NCBI GenBank assembly: GCA_042571085.1
Contig: JBHPGB010000004.1
Coordinates: 1-54,972, forward strand
Origin: Patescibacteria group bacterium
GTDB lineage: Bacteria > Patescibacteriota > Minisyncoccia > Phycocordibacterales > JBHPGB01
DNA length: 54,972 nt
Direction of reading: 5' to 3'
Of the stretch, positions 1-8,463 are shown one piece after another. The position numbers and the translations under genes are program-made. Position 1 is the first letter of the stretch. Every line of letters starts with the position of its first letter. Below the pieces are notes generated by a model, which did not search any database, was not told the DNA's origin, and saw nothing but the letters and a program-made list of their open reading frames with translations.

Positions 1-205
1 TTTATTCCTTTTGTAACGATAGGAAGAACGTCGTCATACATATTTAAATTAACAACATCTGCCAATTTAAACCATTGAGCATCATCAAGACCACCATTAT
101 CTTCTTCAAGTTTTAATGGTACAAATTCTGCTTGCGCCAAAAAGTAAGAAACCTGACGACGTTCTTCCTATCGTTACAAAAGGAATAAATTTATTAAAAA
201 AATAA
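1..205. other. Fold-back at the window start, containing the C-terminal fragment of a probable NUDIX-type gene
   Basis: 1-36 is the exact reverse complement of 154-189. Reversing 37-153 and joining it to 154-205 gives one frame, VSYFLAQAEFVPLKLEEDNGGLDDAQWFKLADVVNLNMYDDVLPIVTKGINLLKK*, with the stop at 203-205. The NUDIX call is tentative because only a fragment is present. Confidence 0.6.
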
Positions 206-283
206 TTATCAGACCATTAGATCGCTTTGTTACTAGATCAGATTCTAGAAGTAAAACGATCTAACTGTCTAGATGTCTAGAAT

Positions 284-976
284 ATGAAAAAATTTGAAGA
301 GTTTGCCGATAAGATCGGCGTGAAGTTTAATAATATAGATTTTCTACAACAGGCGTTTACTCACCGCTCATATATAAATGAAAATCCTGGAGTAAAAACA
401 GGTCACAACGAGCGTTTGGAATTTCTGGGGGATGCTGTGCTTGAGCTTGTGGTTACAGATTTTCTTTATGAAAAGTATCCTGATAAACCAGAAGGTGAGC
501 TTACTGCTTATCGTGCGGCGCTCGTGAATACAATAAGTATTTCTAGAGCAGCCACAGAGCTCGGCGCAAACGAATACCTACTTCTTTCAAAAGGAGAGGC
601 GAAGGATACAGGGAAAGCACGACAATATATTTTGGCGAATACATTTGAAGCAATCATTGGTGCTGTATATGTTGACCAAGGATATGATGCAGCACAGAAA
701 TTTATTGAAAATAGTCTTTTCCACTATATTGATGAGGTGATTGAGAATCGTTTGTGGCAGGATGCAAAAAGCTATTTCCAAGAGCAGGCGCAGGAACACG
801 TAAGTATCACACCAGCATACCAAGTGCTTGAAGAAGTTGGACCAGATCATGATAAACAATTCACAGTTGGCATATTTCTAAAAGATGAGCAGATAGCGAA
901 AGGGCAAGGTAGAAGCAAACAAGACGCAGAGCAAGCGGCAGCAAAGGCAGGGCTTGAGGCAAAGGGCTGGGAGTAG
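284..976 (+). CDS. rnc: Ribonuclease III
   Basis: RNase III signature HNERLEFLGDAVLEL, ANTFEAIIGAVYVD, and C-terminal dsRBD (GQGRSKQDAEQAAA). Confidence 0.97.
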   Translation: MKKFEEFADKIGVKFNNIDFLQQAFTHRSYINENPGVKTGHNERLEFLGDAVLELVVTDFLYEKYPDKPEGELTAYRAALVNTISISRAATELGANEYLLLSKGEAKDTGKARQYILANTFEAIIGAVYVDQGYDAAQKFIENSLFHYIDEVIENRLWQDAKSYFQEQAQEHVSITPAYQVLEEVGPDHDKQFTVGIFLKDEQIAKGQGRSKQDAEQAAAKAGLEAKGWE

Positions 977-981
977 AGATT

Positions 982-1014
982 GAAAAAACAGGAGCTTCCA
1001 GCTCCTGTTTTTTC
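982..1014 (+). terminator. Intrinsic terminator after rnc (probably bidirectional)
   Basis: gaaaaaacaggagct-tcc-agctcctgttttttc, 15-bp arms with T/A tracts. Confidence 0.8.
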
Positions 1015-1031
1015 TTTACTTTTTTGCATGA

Positions 1032-1244
1032 TTAATATATTCTTATTATTGGAATTCTGTATATTAGTGTCGAGGAGTAATTATGATGAAGCAAACAATT
1101 CCTGCAGATTTGTGTACTAAAGATTCGCTGGATAATGTAAAGCAAATCATGCATGCATTTTATACAATAATTATACTCGCAGCCTTTTTGGGCTTTTGGG
1201 AGCTTGTTGCACTTGTTGTGCCGCATGGATAGCACTTTATCCAC
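1032..1244 (-). CDS. Small Cys-rich hypothetical protein
   Basis: 70-aa ORF with CxxC motifs (CIKC, CRNC) filling the rnc-smc gap. No family recognised. Confidence 0.35.
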   Translation of the reverse strand: MDKVLSMRHNKCNKLPKAQKGCEYNYCIKCMHDLLYIIQRIFSTQICRNCLLHHNYSSTLIYRIPIIRIY

Positions 1245-1321
1245 AATATCTAAATAAACCCGCCTTTGGGCGGGTTTTTACTTTATACTACATATAAAAT
1301 ACGGTATAATACACATCAATC

Positions 1322-1447
1322 ATGTATCCCGTTAGAGATCCAACCTGTCTTTTGTGGCAATACGGGGGTTTGGTAAAATATTTAGACATAACAAGTTAAT
1401 CATTAACTAGGTACGGAAATTTTATTTCCTATCTCTAACGGGATGTA
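1322..1447 (+). mobile_element. Start-codon-associated ~120-bp inverted-repeat element, copy 1 (at smc)
   Basis: TIRs atcccgttagagat (1326-1339) and atctctaacgggat (1431-1444). ATGTA direct repeat at 1322-1326 and 1443-1447. Homologous to 11055-11179. Confidence 0.75.
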
Positions 1448-3695
1448 TCTCAAACGACTAGAAATTACAGGTTTTAAATCATTCGCAAAAAAGGGTGTGC
1501 TCGAATTTAGCGCACCTGTTTCTTCTATTGTAGGACCAAACGGGTCTGGAAAATCAAATGTTACTGAAGCAATGCGTTTTGTGCTCGGAGAGCAATCAAT
1601 GAAAAGTATGCGTGGAAAGCGTGGAGAAGATTTGATTTGGAATGGCTCTGGTAGTACAGGACGAAGCAATCACGCAAGCGTAATAATTACATTTGATAAC
1701 ACAAAGAAGGAATTTGATATTGATTATGATGAGGTTGCGATAAAGCGAGAAGTTTTTCGTGACGGAACCAATCAGTATTTTATAAATAATTCACAGGTGC
1801 GTCTTAAAGATGTTTTAGAGCTTTTGGCAAAAGTTCATATTGGTGCCACCGGACACCACATTATCTCACAAGGTGAAGCTGATAGGATTTTGAATGCAAA
1901 TATAAAAGAACGACGAACGATGATTGAAGAAGCATTGGGGCTTAAAGTGTACCAATGGAAAATTACTGAAAGTGATAAAAAACTGAATAAGACACAAGAA
2001 AATATAAAACAAGTGGAATCGTTGCGAAGAGAGATTGCGCCACATATTAAATTCTTAAGGAGACAGGTTGATAAGATTGAAAAGGCTAAAGAAATGCGTG
2101 ACGAACTGAAAGATTTATATGCCGAATATTTAAAAAGGGAAGAAGAGTATATTAAGGAAAGTAAGAATGCAATATCTGAAAAGAAAAGAGGGCCTGAGAG
2201 TGAGCTTAAGCGTATTGAGTCTGAGCTTGATAAGGCACGCAGCACACTTTCACAGTCCGACGATCATGATCCGCAGAAAGATGAATTAATGACACTAGAG
2301 AAGCAGATAAGTGACACACGCAACGAGAAAGATGAGCTTTCTCGCGAACTCGGTCGCATAGAAGGAATGATCGAATTTGAAGCACGTCGCATAGAAAAAG
2401 AGAAGGAAAAGAAAGCTATTGTTGAGCATGTTGACTACAATGAAGTGAAAGAGTTTTCTGAGACATTAGAAGATAAAATTAATACAGCTGAAAGGAGTCA
2501 AACAATTGAAGAAATGAAAGAAGCTTTTGTTTCATTGCGCAGTATGTTGCGTAGCTTCATTGATGGTATACAGGGAAAAGATTCAGGATCTAGCACTGAT
2601 GAGACGGAGCTGCTAAATCTGCAAAACAAAAAGAAAGATATCGCTGCGCAAATGAATAATGTTGAAGTGGGTGCACAAGAGTTTGAAGAGAAATACAACA
2701 TTCTTAAAAGAGAAATTGAAAAACAAAAAGATTCTTCTCGTGATCTTGAGCGAGCCGTGTTTGAGATGATGGCACAAAAAAGTGAACTTTCTGCACAGGT
2801 AAATATGTTGAGGAATGATGAGGATAATCTCAGTCGTCTTGAACACAGACTGAAAGAAGAGGTGCGCGAAGGGGTAGTGCTTGTGGGGCAAGACATTACC
2901 ATGTACGAAAATTTTGTTGTGTCACGCGAGGATGTGATGAGCGAAAACCGTGAAGTACAAGAAGAGCGTAGGAAAAAAATTGAAAAAATTAAAATAAAAC
3001 TTGAAGACGTCGGTGCTGGTGGAGGCGAGGATGTGATGAAAGAGTATGATGATATTGTACAGCGCGATGAGTTTTTGATGCGTGAAATTGAGGATTTGAA
3101 TGAGACAGAAGTGTCTTTGCGCGAATTGATAAATGATTTGAACGAAAAGCTTAATAATGAGTTTAAAGAAGGAATACAAAAAATAAATAAACAATTCCAA
3201 GAATTTTTTGCACTCATGTTTGGTGGTGGTTCTGCTTCTCTTAATGTTGTTGCACAGAAGAAGCGCCAAAGAAAAGATACTGAGATGCTACTTGATGATG
3301 CTGCAGCTATCGCTGCAATGGAAGAAGAAGCGGAAGAAGAAGAGGGAATTGAGATACAGGTTTCTTTGCCACGCAAAAAGATTAAAGGTTTGCAGATGCT
3401 TTCTGGTGGCGAGCGCGCACTTACTTCTATCGCACTTATTTTCGCTGTATCACAGGTGAATCCACCGCCATTCTTAGTGCTTGATGAAACAGATGCTGCG
3501 CTTGATGAGGCAAACTCACGCAAATATGGCGACATGCTTGAAAATCTTTCAAAGCACTCTCAGCTTATCGTTGTGACACACAACCGAGAAACAATGAGCC
3601 GCGCAGGTGTGCTTTATGGAGTAACAATGAACACAGATGCGGCTTCACAGCTACTTTCAGTGAAGTTTGATGAGGCAACATCGTACGCTAAATAA
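1443..3695 (+). CDS. smc: SMC-family chromosome segregation ATPase, short form (750 aa)
   Basis: N-terminal MYLKRLEITGFKSF, Walker A GPNGSGKS, signature LSGGE, Walker B/D-loop FLVLDETDAALD, long coiled coils. Confidence 0.9.
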   Translation: MYLKRLEITGFKSFAKKGVLEFSAPVSSIVGPNGSGKSNVTEAMRFVLGEQSMKSMRGKRGEDLIWNGSGSTGRSNHASVIITFDNTKKEFDIDYDEVAIKREVFRDGTNQYFINNSQVRLKDVLELLAKVHIGATGHHIISQGEADRILNANIKERRTMIEEALGLKVYQWKITESDKKLNKTQENIKQVESLRREIAPHIKFLRRQVDKIEKAKEMRDELKDLYAEYLKREEEYIKESKNAISEKKRGPESELKRIESELDKARSTLSQSDDHDPQKDELMTLEKQISDTRNEKDELSRELGRIEGMIEFEARRIEKEKEKKAIVEHVDYNEVKEFSETLEDKINTAERSQTIEEMKEAFVSLRSMLRSFIDGIQGKDSGSSTDETELLNLQNKKKDIAAQMNNVEVGAQEFEEKYNILKREIEKQKDSSRDLERAVFEMMAQKSELSAQVNMLRNDEDNLSRLEHRLKEEVREGVVLVGQDITMYENFVVSREDVMSENREVQEERRKKIEKIKIKLEDVGAGGGEDVMKEYDDIVQRDEFLMREIEDLNETEVSLRELINDLNEKLNNEFKEGIQKINKQFQEFFALMFGGGSASLNVVAQKKRQRKDTEMLLDDAAAIAAMEEEAEEEEGIEIQVSLPRKKIKGLQMLSGGERALTSIALIFAVSQVNPPPFLVLDETDAALDEANSRKYGDMLENLSKHSQLIVVTHNRETMSRAGVLYGVTMNTDAASQLLSVKFDEATSYAK

Positions 3696-3781
3696 TCAAT
3701 ATAATTTACAAATAATTTATATCGTGTTATTCTACATATGGATTTAAACTTTTTTCAACGACTGATAAATGGGAGAATGAG

Positions 3782-3964
3782 GTGAGTAAAAAATTTTGTA
3801 CTGAGTGCAATGGTAGGACTGAACATCGTCATGTCAGCACGATTAAATCGCCCGGGATGACAGATTCTCAGCAAGGATACAGATGCCAAAAATGCGGACA
3901 TCTGAAAAAGACTCAATGTGATGTGGGTTCGACAGGAGTTACTGAGCAGGCTGCAGCCGCATAA
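3782..3964 (+). CDS. Small zinc-ribbon-like protein
   Basis: CTEC...CQKC pairs. GTG start with GGGAG ribosome-binding site at 3771. Hairpin terminator at ~3985-4020. Confidence 0.55.
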   Translation: MSKKFCTECNGRTEHRHVSTIKSPGMTDSQQGYRCQKCGHLKKTQCDVGSTGVTEQAAAA

Positions 3965-4022
3965 GCAAATATTCAACAGAAACAAAAAACGACCGGGATT
4001 CATTCCGGTCGTTCGTTTTTTA

Positions 4023-5015
4023 TTATCGTAGCTGCTTTGCTTTGTAATCGTCTGGTGCTTTTGTGAAATGATCTTCAAGTTGTTCACGCGTTAGCAGGCC
4101 TTCTTGTGCACCGATGTGTTGCACGACAGACATTGAATTAATTGGCGCCCACTCAAGTGCTTCTGGAATAGTTTTGCCGATTGCTAATGCTGCTGTAAAT
4201 GTGCTTGAGAATGAATCACCCGCACCAGTGCGGTCTACTGGTGGTGCTGGGTCTGGGTAAATTGGCATGTGCCACATTTCTTTTCCATCGTATGTGTATG
4301 CACCATCTGGACCATCTGTAATTACAACAATGTTTGGCCCCAAGTCGCGCATGTTTTCAAGCAGAACTTCAATATTATCCTCGTTTGTTTTTAATATTCT
4401 GTTTGCCTCTTGTTTGTTGCAGAAGAAAAGTTCTGACAATTTATAAATATCAGTAAGGTTTTCATAACCAAGCTTCATTTGAAATGTCCCTGGCTGGAAT
4501 GCGAGTTTTACCTCTGGATGTTCGGTGAGGTATTTTGCAATCTCTCCATGAAAAGCTAGGGAATTTTCTCCAAGAGAGCTAAGATACAGCCACTTTGGTG
4601 AGCCAATGTCTGGCATTTCGTATGGGTATTCTTGGTGTTTGATTAGTATAGTACGCTCACTTCCAAATCTAAGCACATAATGATAATTACTTTTCATGCC
4701 CTCGTGTACTTTTACAAATGAAGTATCAATCTTATTTTTTTCAAGCGCTTCCAAATCTTCTTTGCCGAATTTATCGTCACCAAGATTTGTAATTAGTGCA
4801 GATTTGAGTCCGAGTCTAGCAGCTGCAACCGAAGCATTGGGGCTATTACCAACAGCGGGCACAACCACTACATCTTCATAAGGAATTTTATCACCAAAAC
4901 TAATGCAAAGTTTTTCTTTGCCTGTTTTAGGATCTTCTTCTACTTCAGCATTTTTTAATTCTATAAACGCATCTGTTACAATGTCGCCCATAGCAACGAA
5001 ATCTAAGTCATTCAT
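4023..5015 (-). CDS. PfkB/ribokinase-family carbohydrate kinase
   Basis: VGNSPNASVAAARLG and C-terminal DRTGAGDSF PfkB motifs. Confidence 0.92.
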   Translation of the reverse strand: MNDLDFVAMGDIVTDAFIELKNAEVEEDPKTGKEKLCISFGDKIPYEDVVVVPAVGNSPNASVAAARLGLKSALITNLGDDKFGKEDLEALEKNKIDTSFVKVHEGMKSNYHYVLRFGSERTILIKHQEYPYEMPDIGSPKWLYLSSLGENSLAFHGEIAKYLTEHPEVKLAFQPGTFQMKLGYENLTDIYKLSELFFCNKQEANRILKTNEDNIEVLLENMRDLGPNIVVITDGPDGAYTYDGKEMWHMPIYPDPAPPVDRTGAGDSFSSTFTAALAIGKTIPEALEWAPINSMSVVQHIGAQEGLLTREQLEDHFTKAPDDYKAKQLR

Positions 5016-5130
5016 ATGATTTTTTTAACATGTGTATAATTCCTCTTATTTTACCACAATAGTGATGATACAATAAGACTATTAAAGGTCCATGTATTAT
5101 TAGTTTAATAAATTGCGCAATTTATTTATT

Positions 5131-5382
5131 ATGACAAAAAATAAAACAGTAGGTTATATTGGCTACTGGCTCGTGGTTATCGGTGCGGTAAACTGGGGTC
5201 TTGTTGGAATTGGTCATTTTGTTGGCGGCAATTGGAATGTTGTGAATCTGCTTCTTGGCTCATGGCCAGCAGTGGAGGCAATCGTATACATTCTTGTTGG
5301 TCTTTCAGCAGCATTGATGGTTTTTGGATGCCGATGCGGACGACACACATGTAAAACGTCAGAAGCAGGAGAGCAGATGTAA
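5131..5382 (+). CDS. DUF378-family small membrane protein
   Basis: LVVIGAVNWGLVG...VYILVGLSA motif typical of DUF378. ATG at 5131 preferred over TTG at 5113. Confidence 0.85.
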   Translation: MTKNKTVGYIGYWLVVIGAVNWGLVGIGHFVGGNWNVVNLLLGSWPAVEAIVYILVGLSAALMVFGCRCGRHTCKTSEAGEQM

Positions 5383-5490
5383 TACATCACGTACTCACAA
5401 AAAGAAAACGCTTGTAACAAGCGTTTTCTTTTTGTGTAAATTAAAAAAACAGCCCCTTTCGGGGCTGGTAAACTTATATCGAATTAGTTT

Positions 5491-5829
5491 CTATTGAGGA
5501 ACCAATGCTTCATTTAAAAGCCTCTGGCATTTTTGGACTATGGGATCAGTATGGTTTTGTTTTCTGTGCTGAGACAAAGATAGCTCCCTTGTACGAAGAC
5601 ATTGGATTACCAATTTTCTTCCATCATGATGTGTTCCTATGTGTACATCCGGATTTTTACTACGCCATTCCAGCAGGTCATCAAATGCATTATCTGCAAG
5701 CGAATATACAAACATATTCATTCGGCTGTGTTCTTGTATTTTTTGATTTTTTATATACAAAGCCACTAACAAAAATACAGGGATTAAGAAAAGTAAACCA
5801 CACCAAAGAGTTAGTTGTAAAATATCCAT
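5491..5829 (-). CDS. Hypothetical protein with N-terminal TM helix
   Basis: 112-aa ORF with hydrophobic N-terminus and GAGGT SD upstream of the ATG. Confidence 0.55.
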   Translation of the reverse strand: MDILQLTLWCGLLFLIPVFLLVALYIKNQKIQEHSRMNMFVYSLADNAFDDLLEWRSKNPDVHIGTHHDGRKLVIQCLRTRELSLSQHRKQNHTDPIVQKCQRLLNEALVPQ

Positions 5830-5930
5830 AACATAAACCTCACAGTATTTATTGGGTTGTCATCCGATGCCATTATTATGCATTTGGGCTGTTAATGCAA
5901 TACCTGTGTTTATGGTACAATTTAATCAAT

Positions 5931-6791
5931 ATGAAAACACTAAAACAAGTAATAAAAGAAGCAAAGGAAAATAAAACAGCAGTTGGGCATTTTAATATCT
6001 CAAATATTGAAGGGCTTTGGGCGATTTTTCGTGCTGCGCAGAGCGTTGATGCGCCAGTGATAATTGGCTTATCAGAAGGGGAGCGTGAGCATGTTGGCAC
6101 TAGGCAAGCTGCTGCGCTTGTGAAAAGTCTCCGCGCTCAATACGATTACCCAATTTTTATTAATGCAGATCACTGCCATTCATTTGAGTCTGTAAAAGAA
6201 GCTGTAGATGCAGGGTTTGATGCTGTGATATTTGACGGCGCGACTTTGCCGATTGAAGAAAATATAGAAATAACAAAAAAATGCGTGGAATATGCACGTA
6301 GTGTTAATCCAGAAATTATTGTGGAAGGTGAGCTTGGTTATATCGGCGGATCAAGTAAAATGCTTGATGAGATTCCAGAAGGAGTTTCATTGGATAATCT
6401 TACTACAGCAGAAGACGCAAAAAGATTTGTAGACGAAACGGGCGTAGATTTATTTTCTCCATCAATTGGAAATATTCATGGCATGCTCAAGAGTTCTGCG
6501 AACCCTGAATTAAATATTGAAAGAATTAAAGAAATTAGTGATGCTGTGGACGCAGAATTGGTATTACACGGTGGCTCAGGAATTTCAGATGAAAATTTCA
6601 AATCTGCTATTGAAGCAGGAATTTCAACTGTTCACATAAATACAGAAATTCGCCGCGCTTACCGCGAAGCGCTTGAAGAAGCTCTTAAAAATGATCCAGA
6701 ACAAATCGCACCATATAAATTTGCAAAACCAGCAATGGAGGCAATGCAAGAAGTAGTAGAGAAGAGAATAAGATTATTTAGTGGAAAATAG
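5931..6791 (+). CDS. fba: Class II fructose-bisphosphate aldolase
   Basis: AVGHFNISN, INADH, VEGELGYIGG, GNIHG, LVLHGGSG and INTE motifs. Confidence 0.93.
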   Translation: MKTLKQVIKEAKENKTAVGHFNISNIEGLWAIFRAAQSVDAPVIIGLSEGEREHVGTRQAAALVKSLRAQYDYPIFINADHCHSFESVKEAVDAGFDAVIFDGATLPIEENIEITKKCVEYARSVNPEIIVEGELGYIGGSSKMLDEIPEGVSLDNLTTAEDAKRFVDETGVDLFSPSIGNIHGMLKSSANPELNIERIKEISDAVDAELVLHGGSGISDENFKSAIEAGISTVHINTEIRRAYREALEEALKNDPEQIAPYKFAKPAMEAMQEVVEKRIRLFSGK

Positions 6792-6801
6792 GTAAATCCG
6801 G

Positions 6802-6856
6802 CAACGCAAAATTCGTGTCAAAAAGTTTTTCGCGATAAAATTATGAAAAATTTTTT
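6802..6856 (+). repeat. 55-bp hairpin repeat, copy 1 (homologue at 41515-41569, opposite strand)
   Basis: 45/55 identity by manual alignment. All differences are transitions. Confidence 0.7.
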
Positions 6857-6910
6857 ATTAAACAAAAAAAGCACAGTATGCCGCGCTTTTTTAAATTTCC
6901 TAATCGATTA

Positions 6911-7225
6911 TTAAGACTCAAAATTAAATTGATCGAGCACTCTTTTTATAGTGTAACCTTTTTGAAAATCAAACGGGTGTTTCTTTAGTAAAACTTGGGG
7001 TTGGGTTTGTATCCACAGCGTGAATTCACTAATCACCAAGTCAATTATTATTTGGTCAGTATTTTGATTATAAGAAAAACCCTCTAAAGATAAATCTTCT
7101 GTTACTTGGATTATATTTTCTCCATCGAATCGTATGTTGATCCAGTAATCAAAAATTGCCAGTGCTTTTACTCTTGTTTTCACAATAACTCCATATAAAA
7201 ATAAATGGTTATGTTTTCCAATCAA
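6911..7225 (-). CDS. Hypothetical protein
   Basis: 104-aa ORF in the fba-pcm gap. TTG start uncertain. Confidence 0.4.
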   Translation of the reverse strand: MIGKHNHLFLYGVIVKTRVKALAIFDYWINIRFDGENIIQVTEDLSLEGFSYNQNTDQIIIDLVISEFTLWIQTQPQVLLKKHPFDFQKGYTIKRVLDQFNFES

Positions 7226-7307
7226 AATTTATCACAGAAGTATAGCAGTGTCAATTGTTTGTTATTCTACCTATTAGACTATTAGATTTGAAATTGCTTT
7301 TTTTAAA

Positions 7308-7931
7308 TTAATCCTCAGGAATAAACGGCACAAAGGCAAATCCTGGATATTCTGTTTCTTTGAATTCATTTTCGCCAGTTTTTTCTACAAGTAAAATTGA
7401 TTCTTTCACAGGCATTACTATCCTGCCTCCAACCTTAAGTTGATTTTTCCATTCTTGAGGTACAAAGTTTGCTGATGCTGCGGAAATTATTTTGTCAAAA
7501 GGCGCTTCTTCTTGCATACCTGTTTCCGCATTAAGTGATAGTGATTCTACTCTTCCATCTTCTATAAAACCATATTTTGAAATATTTTGACTTCCAAATA
7601 GCTTAAGCTCAGGAACAATTTCTATAGAAAATATTTTACCTGTTTTGCCGACTATTTGTGCAAGAAGTGCGCTTTGCCACCCAGATCCAGCGCCAACGTC
7701 CATTATTTTTTCTCCTTTCTTTGGCTGTAACAGCTCGAGCATTAAAGCAACTGTTTCTGGCTGAGAGATTGTTTGTCCAAAACCAATAGGAAGAGGTACA
7801 TTTCTATACGCCTCTTCTTTTTTATCTTCTGGCACAAAATTTATACGATCAATAGCACGAAATGCCTCAATGATTTCTGATGTTTTAAGTGTGCCAGATT
7901 CTATTAGTTGTTGTACGAGAGTTTCTTGCAT
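7308..7931 (-). CDS. pcm: Protein-L-isoaspartate O-methyltransferase
   Basis: PLPIGFGQTISQP, MDVGAGSGW, APFDKII, LKVGGRIVMPV, FAFVP. Confidence 0.93.
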   Translation of the reverse strand: MQETLVQQLIESGTLKTSEIIEAFRAIDRINFVPEDKKEEAYRNVPLPIGFGQTISQPETVALMLELLQPKKGEKIMDVGAGSGWQSALLAQIVGKTGKIFSIEIVPELKLFGSQNISKYGFIEDGRVESLSLNAETGMQEEAPFDKIISAASANFVPQEWKNQLKVGGRIVMPVKESILLVEKTGENEFKETEYPGFAFVPFIPED

Positions 7932-7932
7932 A

Positions 7933-8385
7933 TTATCCTAAAAGTTCCTCCACTACTTTTTTAACATCGCCACCGTCAGCTTTTCCTTTGAGTTCTTTCA
8001 TAACCGCCCCCATGAGCTGTCCAGCTTTGGATTTATCATCAATCCCCATTTCAGTTTTTTTCGCTTCGGCAATGGGTCGAATTTCATCCACACTCATCAT
8101 TTGGGGTAGATAAGCCTGGATAATTTCAAGCTCTGCTTTTTCTGATTCAGCTAGCTCTGGCCGACCGCCTTTTTCAAATTGCTCAATAGCATCTTTGCGC
8201 TGTTTTGCTGCGCGATTTATTATCATAAGAACACTCTCATCATCAAGAGATTCCGATGGCTTTTTCTTTTGAGTCACAAGCTCGTTTGTAAATGCTGAAA
8301 GTAGCCCGCGAAGCGTCATGAGCTTAAGCTCCTCTTTAGCACGCATAGCATCCTTCATATCTTCTTTTATTTGTGTATGTAACAT
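7933..8385 (-). CDS. yqeY: GatB/YqeY domain protein
   Basis: DMKDAMRAK...KQRKDAIEQFEKGGRPELAESEKAELEII...YLP...GQLMGAVMKELKGKADG. Confidence 0.92.
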   Translation of the reverse strand: MLHTQIKEDMKDAMRAKEELKLMTLRGLLSAFTNELVTQKKKPSESLDDESVLMIINRAAKQRKDAIEQFEKGGRPELAESEKAELEIIQAYLPQMMSVDEIRPIAEAKKTEMGIDDKSKAGQLMGAVMKELKGKADGGDVKKVVEELLG

Positions 8386-8426
8386 GGTTGAAGTATATAA
8401 TATTTCGTATTTAGTATCCAGTATTC

Positions 8427-8449
8427 ACTTGGCGCTCGGAGCGCCAAGT
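8427..8449. repeat. REP-like palindrome 1 (inverted relative to copies 2-4)
   Basis: acttggcgct-cgg-agcgccaagt, perfect 10-bp stem. Confidence 0.85.
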
Positions 8450-8463
8450 TGTATAATATTTAC

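Noticed and set aside
1-189. 36-bp perfect inverted repeat enclosing 117 bp, resembling an invertible switch or MITE
   Set aside because: Flipping the interior restores one continuous reading frame, and the structure is at the very start of the sequence. A chimeric fold-back at a contig end is the simpler explanation.
1237-1245. Perfect DnaA box TTATCCACA (variants near 18329 and 34253)
   Set aside because: Isolated boxes with no cluster, no dnaA/dnaN nearby and no unwinding element, so this is not an oriC call.
2498-3535. 345-aa antisense ORF in smc, and similar long shadow ORFs in alaS, rpoB, rpoC and rpoD (e.g. 43389-43829)
   Set aside because: Ser/Phe-rich mirror images of Glu/Lys-rich sense codons, with no independent coding signal.
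3915-3945. GGTTCGA T-loop-like motif
   Set aside because: No cloverleaf can be built and it lies inside an ORF.
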